The notes under the pieces were generated by a model. It was not told the DNA's origin, made no database searches, and was given only the letters and a program-made list of their open reading frames with translations. This document shows positions 39,941 to 53,639 of a DNA stretch of 64,000 bases, piece by piece. Positions within the stretch are counted from its first letter, which is position 1. Each line of letters begins with the position of its first letter. A program made the translations under genes and the position numbers. Origin of the DNA: Psilocybe cubensis (Eukaryota); assembly GCA_017499595.2 (NCBI GenBank), contig CM039002.1, positions 3,100,001 to 3,164,000 on the forward strand, in the 5' to 3' direction.

Positions 39941-41510
39941 CTAAACTGCGTGAGGTCCCTCTGATGACACGTTGAAGACAGATTCTGCGGAGCGGGAGGT
40001 CTTACTATACATCTCTATCCTGACGTCCGGCGCATCCGAGACACTAGTACTACTCCGCTTGATGCCTGTCGAAGGGTTCCATTGTGGCGTGCTCGGGTAT
40101 ATCTTCCGAGTGTTGCTTTTTAGCAAATTTGAATGGTGTGTTGATTGTTCGTGCGAACCCCGCAGGTTAAGTATGAGTCGACAAGATAACATGACTTCCA
40201 GTATGATTGTCGCTCTGTCGGTACAGTGGATAAGACGATGAATAAAATGTGGGTGAGGAAGAATGTGTAGCATGGACCTACGGGAGGTTTACTGTTCGGA
40301 TTCCATTGGGGGCAGTGAGGAAGATCACCACGTTCACGACGTTCATGGCTAAGATTGCAAGAAAGTAGAGAAGCCCATCGCGCCAGATGATATCGAATAG
40401 ACGCGTATCTAATTCTTCCTTCCAAAATGAGTGAGCCTTCCATGCCGTCAAGCTATATAGATACTTCCGTTAATCGAGGGCACACCATACAACTGTGTCG
40501 ATAACGACTCACAGGAACGTCAGTGTGTCGTAAAACAGAGGCAATGTCTGCGAACACTACATTAGCTTTGGCTTCAGAAAGGTTTAGTCGACTGACCCAG
40601 TAGGTAACCTGCCACTTGAAAGGGCCTTCCAGTGCACCACATGGAGGAGGCTCGAAATTGGGTGGTCGACCAGGAGCACTGATTGGTATTTCTGGAGGAT
40701 GCCGTATATTACTGACCGCGATTCCGCCAACAACGCATTCTACAACGAGGATAGTCCCAAGGATAAGCGCCAGTGATTTACTTTGGGAGAAAACCTAACA
40801 GATTTTTAATTGAGCATTAAGCCTTTGGAATCGCGTAAATTGGGTGTCATACCGCGTATACCCGTCCTCCAAGCACTATTTGAGAAAGGACGACACTAAT
40901 TAGGGCGCCAATGGGCTCAAAAAGAAATATATCTTTCAGAGTGAAAGTAAATTAGGTACCCTTTCATCTTTGAGTTTAAATACGCACGACTGCAGGCAGA
41001 TGGAGTCCAAACGTCAGTGGCCAAGGTGACAACTAATGCAAACCTATCAAGGTTGATCGAATCATCCCTTTTCGTCTCCAGGATATGATATCAAGCTCAC
41101 TGTACAAGTCCAAAATATCGATTGGCTAAATATTCTCAGTCAATCAGCAACTCAAGAGCTTCACGTATTGGACATCCATTTACCAACATATAAAACGCTA
41201 GACAACTGTGACGTAGGACTTAGTCCTGAAGAGTGCGAACGGTCAGGCAATTATTGACTTACATTCATTGGTCGTCTCCAAATTAGCTTGTACTCCTTTG
41301 GCAGGCAGACAAGGCACTCCCAACCATATATGCAGAATCTACAACAGAGCTGTGACATGAGATCATTGGCTAGGCAGATTAATGATTGCCATGGACTGAC
41401 GCTCCGATAGTCCATATCAAGATGGCTTGTGCTTGCTTTGGAGTCGGTGGGGCTTCATGTGATATTCCTGCGGGCATGCCTCCACCCATACCAGTGGGTG
41501 GACCGTTCAT
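39941..41510 (-). CDS. DUF6533-like multi-pass (GPCR-like) membrane protein, paralog 1
   Basis: Spliced exons give AFCIYGWECLVCLPKEYKLIWRRPMN, hydrophobic helices, DGLLYFLAILAMNVVNVVIFL and EVMLSCRLILNLR, the typical end motif of this Agaricomycete family. Confidence 0.75.
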
Positions 41511-43103
41511 ATTTTGATAAAGGTGAAATGAAAGAAGAGAAAACCCGTAGAGATTTTCGATAGGCAACATGTGAAGCTTGATTATTATATGAGCCTTCTT
41601 TCGCAGCCACATTTGAAAATGCCATGATGATCAGGGCTTACTGGTAACCTTTGATTTGATAGACTTTTCCTGCCCCATGTCACTATGAATCTATCATGTC
41701 AATAATATTTTGAGTCGTCGCGCTTGAGGCCCCGGGTGTAACCCCGTGTTTAACCGCCGTCAGTGCTTTGCTTTTCTTTCTCAGGACAGACTTTCTGAAA
41801 AGTACAGCCACGTATGGAGCCATTAATAGCTATCTGGCCTATTATGTTTTTCAGTCCATTCTTTCGAATCATACAAGGCAAAGGCTGCGCACAACCAGCG
41901 TTAATCTATTTACGCACCTTTGAATAGACAGTTATTGGTATTGTATTTATGGGACGAAGTATTCGCGCCTTCCGTGAGATGAAACAAAGAAGCAGGAGAA
42001 AAGAACCGCCGCCGCCCTACGGTTATAGGTCATGGCGTGAACATCTGGCAGCTGGTTGTTGAAAATGGATAACATGTGGAGTGTCTATCATTTTCTCACC
42101 TGCCACGATAAAACGGGGTCGATTCGAGCGCAAAACCAACGCAGCGCTGATGCTCCAACGCTCAATCACCGTCAAAGCCTTGAAGGTTTCTGGAATGTTT
42201 GGTATCCCGCCGAAGGCCGAACTGCACCGAAGGTTCAAGGTCAATTTCAGTTTCCGCGTTATCACGGGATCCAGCGCGTGTACGTAAATAGTCCGAATTG
42301 TGTTTTGTCAGAACTTGCCACGATGACTCTTTTGCTTTTGAGTTTTAACCTGTATGAGAGATGGTTGAGCGCCTACATATCCTTCAAACTGTCAATTTTA
42401 TGTGCGTAAAGTCCTTTTCAAGATTCAGTTCAACTGAGCTAATCTATATCGCAAGGAATCGATAACGCTGACTTGGCCGACTGGAAATTTTTCGCTTTAT
42501 CCTTCAATCACATCCCCATCTTATGAATTTAAATATTGACCGAAGTGCACAATAAATCCCCTAATTTTGAGTACGGCCCGCCACCACTCCGTCAAAATTC
42601 GTCGGTAAGCAGTGTCGAGGTCTTTCTTGCGAATCTCTTTGTTGTCCGTTGATATTGCGGATCTTTGGCAGGAAGCCACGAGGAAACATAAGGAATCGAT
42701 TTTTGATCAAGCGCATGTCGAAATGATATGGAAGAACGGGAAAAAGAATATCTTCTACAACGTGACTTCCATCAACATAATCTGTCGTAGAAATTACGGC
42801 GCTTTGCTGCATCTACAGGACGTCCAGTGAGCAAAGTCCATGAAACGGACTTTTTTTTCGTCTTGGCACCTTGACTGGTGACCCTTCTTCTGAGATACCA
42901 GAGAAGCTGCTCCGTCATGTCTATTTGCTATGCGAGCGGTTAAACCTGGGAATACTATCGACATGCATTTTCTTGGGTTATTCAAGCGTATTCGAAGTGC
43001 AGGTCTAAATTGCCAGACATGCCTTTAAAAGGACCCCGACCTAAAACCCTATTCATCGACTAGTTCCACTGAAACTTTGCCAATCAATCCTCGTAAACCA
43101 ACA

Positions 43104-45481
43104 ATGTTGATTGCTTTAACTCAAGCCCTCTCTTTGGCGGGGGCTGTCTTTGCATCAGCTCACATCCCTGGAGACCTTCGTGCTCGTCAAATCGATTCAG
43201 GACAACTCTCGGCTGCCTATGACTATATTGTGGTTGGCGGTGGGCAGAGTGGCCTTGTGATAGCTAATCGTCTCAGCGAAGATCCCACTAGTGAGTCGAG
43301 TCATTATGTCGACAGTAGAGGTAGGGCGTAGCTAACGCGCTTCTGAATGAAGAAACTGTCTTGGTTGTCGAATATGGTTATTTTGACGACTCTCCGGCTC
43401 AACTCGAACCTTCTAGCGCGACTCAGTATCTTTCGAAGAACCTTTTTAATGCCTCCTCCGTTGCCCAACCTGGTCTCGGGAACAGGCAGGGTATTGTTTA
43501 TGCCGCATCCGTCGTTGGTGGTGGGTCTACCGTGAACGGGATGCTATTTGATCGCGGTTCTGCTGACGACTACAACAACTGGGAAAAGCTTGGAAACCCA
43601 GGATGGGGGTTCAGTGGACTCCTTCCGTATTTCAAAAAGGTAGAGAGATTTTACATGTAGCCATTCATGTACTAAGTACCGTTTGATAGAGCGCAACGTT
43701 CACCCCACCGCGAGCCGATCTCGCTGCAGAATTTAACATCACCTGGGACATTCCAAGTGCTTGGGGAGATGGTCCGATTCAAGCTACCTTCCCTGATTGG
43801 CAATGGCCAACTATCAGTAAGAATGATAGATGACAATATGGCTTAATCTCATAACTCTCTAGAGGCCCAGTGGGCAGCATGGACCGACCTCGGAGTACCT
43901 ATCAATGCTGAAGGTGCAGGCGGTGATGCCTTCGGTGCTTACTGGGTACCGTCCAATACCGACCAAAACTACCGTCGCTCGTATGCACGAAATGCCTATT
44001 TTGACCCGGCAAAGAACCGTCCAAATTTGAAGCTCCTCATTGGTTACCGTGTCAACGAGGTTCTTTTCACTGCTAATAAGCGGGCGGATAGTATCAAAAT
44101 CCAGGCTCGGGGGACCGCCAACGGGGCTCCAACTATTACTGTCAAGGCAGCGCAAGAGATCATTCTTTGCGCTGGGTGGATGCACACACCCCAAATTCTA
44201 CAACGCAGCGGTATTGGCCCGAGCGCTCTTCTTACTCAGGCTGGCATCCCTGTTCTCGTGGACCTCCCTGGTGTCGGTTCTAATCTCCAAGATCACCCAG
44301 CTATTGGCATCAATTACCGATGTGAGCCATAAATCTGAGCTGTGGCATTAATAGGGCCTAACGTTTTGTTATTATAGATCAAACCGACATTCTTCCCAAC
44401 CAAGCATCTCTTTATACTAACGCAACGTTCCAGGCTTGGGCAGCTCAACAATGGGCACAAAGGAAAGGTAAATTCTTCGTACAAACATGTTCAACACCGC
44501 GCTAATTCACGCAATGAAAGGACCCTCTTCGATGGGGGTTGGTAATGCTTTGGCTACGGTTCCATTCCCACTTCTGAGCCCGACTTATCAAACCACCATC
44601 GATAAAGCCAAAGCCCAAAACGCTGCAAGCTACCTTCCTAGGACGTATACAACCGAAAATATCAACGGATTTATTGCTCAACGCGCATTAATTCTGGACT
44701 CCTTTGGCAGAAAAGACAATGGTGTCGTCGAAATCCCATTCTCTGGTGGAGGAGGTACATCTCTTGTCCTTGAAAAGCCTCTCAGTCGTGGTACGGTTCT
44801 CCTCAACACAGCAGACCGCTATGCGGAACCGATCATTGATTATAATTGCAACATCAATCCTGTCGATAGTGACGTTCTTGTCGCAACAGTCAAGTTTGCT
44901 CGCAGGTGGTACCAAGCGCCTAGTCAACAGCGCCTTACCCCGGTTGAGCAATCACCTGGAACGAGTATTTCTTCAGATGCACAGATTGCTTCTTGGGCCG
45001 CCAATGGTATGACCCCCAGCACAGCACACGGCTGTGGGACAGCTGCAATGGCGCCTCGAGAGCAGGCGGGAGTCGTCTCTGCTAATTTGACCGTATATGG
45101 CGTGACTGGCTTGAGCGTTGGGGACATATCTATCATCCCCATCATCCCATCCACACACCCCTGTGCCACTGTGTACGCTATCGCTGAGAAGGTATGCCCT
45201 TGCACAAAATTTCGAACCGAACCTGACCATATTGTGTACAGGCTGCAGACCTCATCAAGTCTCGATATGATTCAAGTATCCCTCCCGCAGGATCGAATCC
45301 TATCAGCACGACAACTGTAATTAGCAGTACCGCGTCATCAACGACTACCTCTGTGTCTCCTACCTGCACGCCGGTTAGCAAGTATGGCCAGTGTGATGGG
45401 CAGAATTACAGCGGGTGCAAAATCTGTGCCAGTGGATCGACATGTCAATACTCTAACCCGTGGTATTCCCAATGCTTGTAA
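43104..45481 (+). CDS. Secreted GMC oxidoreductase (CAZy AA3_2-type) with C-terminal CBM1
   Basis: Signal peptide, [25 protein letters not shown] motif, [40 protein letters not shown] and [22 protein letters not shown]. Ser/Thr linker, then [38 protein letters not shown]. Confidence 0.95.
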
Positions 45482-45610
45482 CTTTGAGCCTGCTTTGAGA
45501 CTTGTCGACGTGGTTTAATACGGTATGGCTTGTTTCCTTCACCCTTTATACGAGGCTGTAACGGTTACGGAAAGCAAATGTATTAACAAGTTAGAAGAGT
45601 ATCAAAGTAT

Positions 45611-46937
45611 CTATTCTATCCGTAAACCTGTGCTTCCGTTTGTTCTCTCGTTTGTCTCTAACCCTTCGATTGTGAAGGAGCTGGTACCCATATAGGCCTG
45701 TGAGACAGTATTGAAAAATTCCAATGGCCGACTTAATTTCGCTTCTTCATTCGCTACCCCTTCTGAGGCAAAATTCATCCTGCTGTTTAGAGATGCCATG
45801 AGGGTGTTGGAATAGAGTTTAGAGACCGCAGCTGAACTAGTCTGATAGTATAGTTTACGCCCATTATCCATGACGAAAAGTATGTTGAGTATGGCGACCG
45901 CCGCTGTCATTTGGATATCAACAACACTTCATATTCTTGTTTCGAACAATTACCTGTTATTACACCAGTCTCGATGGTCAGTCTGATTAGTTTCTGTGTG
46001 TGACGACGGGTACTTTGAGAAAGGCTGTCGCTCTGAGAGCGGACTAACTGATGCAGAACTTAAAAGTCAGAATTACCCTGTAGTCATTATAATAAGCTGA
46101 AAAACGCACAATTATTGTCATGCAAACAGCAATAACGATATCACAGATCCCTTCCCCTCCTAGCCAGGTCTTTTACTGAAAGGTCAAAAGAGTATGCAGA
46201 ATGGTTTAAAAGAATTTTACCCCCGCTGACATCCTTATTTTTGGTGTTTTGACGAGACTGAATCGTCCTAACTGGTTCATTTCTATTCCCAAAGATATCC
46301 CTCCCACAAGCTGCCCTAGAGATATCTGATTGAAATTATAAGGTGAGATTAATGCGCTCCCTTCTCTTGTATTCCTCTGTGCTCACCACGGTGACTAAAA
46401 CTGTGATAGCTAGTCCAAGGGCTCTTGAAGAGCACAGGTACTGTCTCAAAATGACGATTCTGTGCATATAAAAAAGTTGGACGATACATGCTACTAGGGA
46501 ACGGCAACGAGGTTAGACGAACCACGATGCAGGTGGTGGGTAAGATACCTATTCCCCCAATTATTGGGACAGAGATCCAAAGGTCAAAAATCTGATCAAG
46601 TGCGTCTGGATTCAAAAAGTTGAAAACAAATGTGCTGAACAACGTCTTCGACAGAAGAACAGTTTGAGCCAATTCTAGTCCATATACCGTGTAGACCATG
46701 ACCTTCAAATACAGTGAATCATTTGGAAAGGCAGTGTGGTATAGGGCTAGTTTATATACTTAGTAATGAGAAGGATATGCATGTGGACATTTCACCCACA
46801 TAGTTGTACCGTTAAAATCCCAAATCCGCCTGAATTGACCAACAGAAGGAGAAACTTCTGGGAAGTAAGCGAACAGCCAGATGTGTTAAATATCAAGGTG
46901 GGCATACCAAGGTCCCGGCGCTAGTCCACCAGTTCAT
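45611..46937 (-). CDS. DUF6534-like multi-pass membrane protein
   Basis: GFGILTVQL, LYHTAFPNDSLYLKVMVYTVYGLELAQT, LIRLTIETG and SKLYSNTLMASLNSR (DUF6534-type KLYSNSLL..LNSR motif). Confidence 0.75.
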
Positions 46938-47627
46938 CTCAGTCTCTTCTAGCGAAACCAAAAACGTGAAACGATACATACGGATTGCCTCCAGGTGTTG
47001 GTGAGTTCCCAAAGTGCACCATAAGGAGTCCTTGCGACTTCTGTGGTAGTCGAACAGAGGGGTAAGAGCTTTTAAATTGAGCATGACTGTTGAAATTCAC
47101 TCCATCGCCGATCAACGCTCACTATCAATAGTATCATCTGTCATGTATATCTCCCATGTCTATGACCCGGAAAAGGCTGGGATGCATTTCATTGAAACCT
47201 ATCAGAAGGTTAAATTCGGAGAGGAACGACAGACTTAGAGAGGAATCAAAACTACTCTTCTCAACTATTTTTCTCAGTATTAGGTAAAGTAATTTGCCGT
47301 ACTTTTCTTAGATTCATGTAGTGTCGAGCTGCGCATGTTTGACAGGAAGATCCTTCAATCATTTTCGATATCATTAGGCATGAAAATGTGACTGTTGCAC
47401 TCAGGGTAGGACGGAAGCTTGAATAGCCAAATATCTCACTGGTGACGTGTCGGTGATTTTTCCTTGAGGACTCGTAGAAAGCGCCCGCAGCTCCTGAGCC
47501 GGGTAGATAGCTCAACAGCTTGTGTTGACTTGTTCTATCAAATGATACATGGGATAAATACCGCTGCCATAAGGTGTTAGTACATACAAAATTCTTTGCA
47601 CAGAAAATACAGTGTGAATGGATTTAA

Positions 47628-49195
47628 TTATACAGAATGAGTGGCGTCTATGTTGAAGACTATTTCCTTGGATGTTGGGACTTTCCCATATACTTCTAGG
47701 TTAATTTCCGGTGTCTCCAATTGGTTCGAATTCTGACTACCAGTTATTGCTGATGACTCCCATCGCACAGATTTTACTGGTGATATCAAAGTGGTACGCC
47801 TCTTCGGCACTCTGGAAGTGTATTGGGACTGATTATGTGTGTCCCTCAAATTGAGGACTAGCCGGCAGGATAGGATGATCTCCAACATTATCGTCGGACT
47901 GTATACAAAGTCAGAAAGAGAAGTAACATTTCCATGAGGATTGGAAAACATACGCAAGATTAACATCGCGTATTCCCGTGGGGGCAGCGAGAAAGATAAT
48001 CACGTTGACAATATTCATGGTAAGTATAGCAAAAAAGTACAACAAGCCATCGTGCCAAATTATGTCGAATAATCGAGTGTTCAATTGCTCTCTCCAAAGA
48101 CCATGTGCCTTCCATGCGGTCAACCTTTAAAAACGCTTCTGTATGGATTTAAATGCAGAACAAAACCGAATTAACTTACACGAACGCCAAAGTGTCGTAG
48201 AATAGTGGTACTGTCTAATAATAATGAATGAATCAGATAGAAGCTCTCTACGATGCAAGTGTTTACTGACCCAATAGGTGACCTGCCATTTAAACTGTCC
48301 AGAAAGCGCCCCACAGGGGGGAGGTTGAAAATCGGGAGGTAGTCCTGGGATCCCAAGTGGTATTGTCGGTGGAGGATTGATACCACTAGTCGCGATAGCA
48401 CCAATAACAATTTCTCCAACGAGGATAGATACAAGGATGAGTGCCAGCAGCTTGCTTTGGGAGAATAACTAGTGTGGTCACAACGACAATAAGTATGCTG
48501 AATTTACAACTCTGAGACGACCTACCGCATATACTCTCGCTCCAAGAATCATCTGAGAGAGGACAATGCTGACGAGGCCGCCGATAGGCTCTAAGAGATA
48601 AATCCCTGTTTTAGAGAAGTATAAATCTATGAATCGTGATAAATCGCATACAAAAACATACGACGACACGCGGAAGTAGACCAGACGTCAGTTGACATTG
48701 ATACAACTAACGCAAATCTGAAAATATGACATTACACTTGCTACCCTTTACGTTCATTAGGATCAAAGCTCACTGGATAAGCCCGAAGTATCTGTTGGCT
48801 GAGTATCTATGAAATCAACAAATGACTGAAGCTCAAGGGCAGTAACGGGCTTACCTATGTACAAAATGCTGAACCACTACAAAGGGAACAGGTACATTTA
48901 GCCTCACGGATTGAAAGACGATACACCAGGGTAAAATATTACATACATTCTTTGGCCGGCTCCAAATCAACGAACGCTCTTTTGGCAAGCATACAAGAAA
49001 TTCCCAACCGTAGATGCAGAATCTGTAGTACAGAAGTTAGCGACATTAGATACTTCACGATACATCATTGTTGGCATCTACTAACGCTCCGGCTGCCCAT
49101 ATCAAGATCGCTTGTCCCTGCTTTGGACTTGTATGCTCCATGTTTAGTGGTCCTTCAGGTGGACCTCCGGTCAGTCCATTCGGCATAGTATTCAT
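47628..49195 (-). CDS. DUF6533-like multi-pass membrane protein, paralog 2
   Basis: Same exon layout as 39941-41510: QAILIWAAGA|FCIYGWEFLVCLPKERSLIWSRPKN, DGLLYFFAILTMNIVNVIIFL and EIILSCRLVLNLR. Confidence 0.75.
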
Positions 49196-51124
49196 TCTAA
49201 CAAGATGATAGGACTCGGGGAGAGAAGCATGGGGGATAGATGGCATTTAATTTAAGGGCAATTATAGGAATCTCGCTCCGTAGGCACTGGCGAAGATCAC
49301 ATCTTGTCTTGCGAACAGGATGGCCCATTAGTAATTGTAGGTCAGCTTTCCTGATAGTTGTGAGCCAAAGGGTGCGGCTAGAAAATCAATGTTAACCGCA
49401 CTGTGTTCCTTCCCAGGATAGATTTTCACCAAGACATCATAACCTCGATCGGAATAAAAATATATTGCGCTGTCATTTGTTCCCACGTACCTTGTTCGAT
49501 TCCACTCAAGCTGATCTTTTCATGGTCGTTATGATCATTGATCATCTCTTTGGTGTAGTCTTGGTACAGGTTTAAAGTATTGCAGTTAAGTCTGCTATGT
49601 ATACGCTGTGTAATACTGGTCTAGATTTGACCGCGGGCAATGGTAACCACAGCCTGAAAGATAGATGTAAAGGCTGCGTACAGAGCGGTGGACAATTAAT
49701 GGGACCTGTAAGGATCACAGGCGCTCTAAAGTGGACTACACGCAACGTCACGCACAGTCAAAAGGTCGAGAGTCATATTACGTTGAAGGTAGCGATCTGA
49801 GGCAGGCTCTCTCCTCGCCTAAAAAAATCTTCTCAACCTAACAATATCTAGACTCAGTACACTGTGAGAACTCTCTGGCGTGTTCTACTTTTATTCCATC
49901 AAATCCATTCCTATCTAAAGAGTGAGAGCAAACGTCTGCGTCTGGTGATTGCAGATTTAATAAAACAGAGATCACTGATTGGTCACTAAAATCATGAACT
50001 ACGGAGCTTGAGAATCAGAAGTACCAGAACATGTCAGCTAACGGATAAAGTATCGAACGAGGGAACATAGGCTGAAAGTCGGTTAGAATCAGAAAATGAT
50101 ACATTGTGTTTCTCTACGGTAGGTGGCACAATTCAGTGGATAGGTTGTCCCGGCTTCCTGGAGAAAAATGATTCGGAAAATAAATTTTTGATATCGTTGA
50201 TTAGCGATGAGTGGAGCAAGCGGATCCAGGTAGTGGATAATTGATTATGGGAGACTTATTGAGGATATAGTTGATGAACTAAAGGGGTCAAACTCTCAGA
50301 GATAAATTAATGCTAGACAGTGCTTCACAGAAACCGGAGTACCAAGCATCAATGCATCAAAAGCGTTGATAAGAGCCATAGGTCGACAGAGTGCTGAGTG
50401 GTTTATTGGACATCACGAGGTGAATGCATTGCTGAGAGGATCGGCCGTGCACATCTTAGGTCTGTATATACGCAATACAGCAGCAAGCTCAAGACTGATT
50501 GGCGATCAATGAAAAGATAACTAGAAGGAGAGAGTCTTTCTGTTTTAAAACAAAACATTAGGCAGATAATATCAGCATCATGGTGCATCTAATACATTGG
50601 CAAATAGCCTGTCATTGACGAGTTGTCTGCCTTGATGTAGCCGTTCAGGACAGGACTTCAGCTTCAGTTCCTCTGCCTTTCCCACGCCTATGCGTTTAAA
50701 GTGGTAGACGTAAGCTATGTAAAGGAGAGCTAAGTGAACAGACACATGTTACGGGCCTTACCGTGGAATTCTGTGGAATTGCGATGGAATTGCTGTCAGA
50801 TCCCGGAGTCCAGTAGGAATCTAAGGGTGTTTCGATCTCGCTGATTTCCTTAGTGAAATGGGGTTTATATAGCATGTTCTTCGGATGTATCTGGGAGCTT
50901 GGCGTTTACAAAACAGAAAGTGGGAGCAAAGCACCATCAAGTAAGAATAAAGACGCAGCGTCCTAGGTGCCGCATCGAACACTCACGTGGTTTATTTTCT
51001 CACGGACGCGACTAGAGTGATGTTTATGCAGTGTTTATGTTTATGTGCGACGTGCGACGCGTCGCTGTGTTTCAATCATGAAATCCCAAGTTTCTGCACT
51101 AATATAGATTGATTTAAACATATC

Positions 51125-53108
51125 TCATCGATAAGTATATGGATTTACGCTGACTAATGTTGCAATTAGACGTTCAGGTAAGGGTCCATCGGGAAAAAGA
51201 AATTCTACGAAATCAAAAAACACTCACTTTTCTGGAGCTCCACATCATGAATTTTTGTGTGTAACATAGAGTCTTCCATAGTATTTGTTGCGGAGCTTCC
51301 AATGTTTAATACACCATGAGAAGAGGGGTGCGATGAAAAGGATGTACTCGAAATAATGTTGTGGTTTTGATGCGACTCTGTTTGCCTTCTAGAGTTGAAT
51401 GTTGCCAGTAGAGAGTTACCGTATACTAGATATTTATTTGTAAAGAAAACGCCATAGTCTTTTGTTTAGAATGCGACTCACGAGTTGACAGAATTTGTGA
51501 AAATGCAAAGAATAGGAAATCTCTCGGACGAGCGATGATCTGACAGATTTGTCTTTAAACGATGAAAAGATATAAATTCTAAAAACTGGAACATACCAGG
51601 GATAAAGTAACTAAGTCCATCACACTTAACAAAATCTTTAACGCCCTTCCAATATTTTGTCATCTTCATATGGCCTTACCTTGTCAGAATACCATTGTTG
51701 ATGGTATACTTGATGAGGCGATTGATCAGCTTGTCAGTCCTATTGTGGAGACGTTAGAGGAATCAGAGGGTTATAATGACTCCAATGCGTACTGTTTGAA
51801 CCCCGTTCTCTTTTTATGAAGATAATAGCTGAGGGTAGAGGCAATTGTGATGTCAATTGCTGCGGCGGACGATAAGATTGCTTTCCCTAGTGTCTATTGC
51901 CACACACAGATGTTATTTCTGCCAGATATATCAACCCCTGTAGTAAGATATCACATACCTCCGGCAACCCTGGAATCTGCTCCACGGAGCTCAGGCGAAA
52001 CCTAGCAATTTTTGTAAGACGTTGGGCTAGTAGCGATGGTTGTGGGACCTACAGTACGGCAACCAGAACTAGATGTACGTATTGTTTTCTTAGAGACATC
52101 TCGAGTTACTGTTGCGTGACTTACCCCAGCCTAAACCTATGAATGCTTGTTAATTATCTCATTTCGTTGAAAGAAAAATTATTTCTCACTGAAATGAATG
52201 AGAGCTACAATCACCTATAAACCAATGCTCAATATTTTCATACAAATACTACCAAGCAACCGGCCTGCTCACAACGGCAATTGGTATAAGCGCTTTTCGA
52301 CCACTGACTACACGTCGGCGATTTTTTAGTCTTTTGAAACTCGGAAAAAGTGAATGGTACAAACCGTGATAAATCCGATAGGCATAAGAGAGATGGACAA
52401 TAAGAACATTGGAGGCCTATTTATTTTCAAGCTTAGTCAACGGTGGATTAGTGTAGGGGGTAGAATGCCTACAATAATTCCATAGGAAATCTATATTTCG
52501 AATAAGCGTTAGAACAAACGAGGGATGTTTGGTTTCAGGTATGTATGCGTACATCAAGGGACCTAAAGTCCTGACTTAGTAAACACCCACAGAGACAGAT
52601 ATTAATGAAACATACCAAACGTTTTTCAACAGAGCAAGTGGGTTAAAATAATTGATGATGAGATAATGGTTCAGAGAATGGATACTGAGCGCCACAAATA
52701 AAGTTTCAAGGACACTATTGATGACATGATTAAGCGCCTAAGCCCAATCTGTAAACAATCTAACTGACACGAGTGATACGACCTATGATGGAGGTCCATT
52801 AAAATTAGCTTCATTAGGTAGGGACCTATGTAGGCTTGCTTACCGTCATTTGAATCAGACGTCCATCCGAGTATGTCATGAAGTAGAAGTATGCCTGACA
52901 AGTGAATGTACATAAAAAAGACCAACTTCATCGCATTGAAGGATGGAGTAGTACCTGCAAGTAGATGCCACCTAGAAGTCTATAATTGTGGGATAAGTAA
53001 TGTAACTAAATGTCGCCAGAATATGTATAAAATGTACATAGCGGAAACAACTGTCCCGACCAGCAAGGCGCCAAAGGTATCGTTGAGGTTTACAGAGAAG
53101 AGAACCAT
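51125..53108 (-). CDS. DUF6534-like multi-pass membrane protein, tandem copy A (many micro-exons)
   Basis: NLNDTFGALLVGTVVSAILLGGIYLQAYFYFMTYSD, DKLINRLIKYTINNGILT, YGNSLLATFNSR. An alternative ATG lies at 53120. Stop at 51125 via a short terminal exon. Confidence 0.75.
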
Positions 53109-53639
53109 GGTTAAGGTCATGGAAGGGAAGATACAAACCCACTTAAATACATATAACTGGGTTACTTTTATAGCCCTATAAATTGCAAGGGTAGGTCCCA
53201 TGCAGTTGATAATGATATTGACAGAGTGTGATCGACGTTCATAGGCTCGATGAATTCTCCACATCGTTGGCGTGGCTTCCAAAGGTAATGATTAAGGCAG
53301 TGGTCAGCCATCTGCCACAATTCATGTCTTCGCTGTCTTTCTTTACCATTCACGGACTGCGCGTGTGACGGGCACTGAGACAGTAGGAGACGGTGAAGAA
53401 GCGGTTGGCTCAGAAATGTGGCACCTAACTGCACTTTTCAGTTCTGAAGCGTGCAAACCGTTACGCGATAGGCGCCTCCGAGACCTAAGCATGCTACCAG
53501 TTTTTGGTTTCGATGTCGATTATCGATGCCGTGGAAACGCTGAACAAGTGCTGTTGCAACATGAGCAGTGGGTCGCATGCCATCTAAATTTGAATTTTTT
53601 TCCCCATCACCAATAGTAGCCGCATAAGATTGACATACA

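Noticed and set aside
42023-42985. ORF fragments upstream of the GMC gene
   Set aside because: No identifiable family, and the frames are interrupted.
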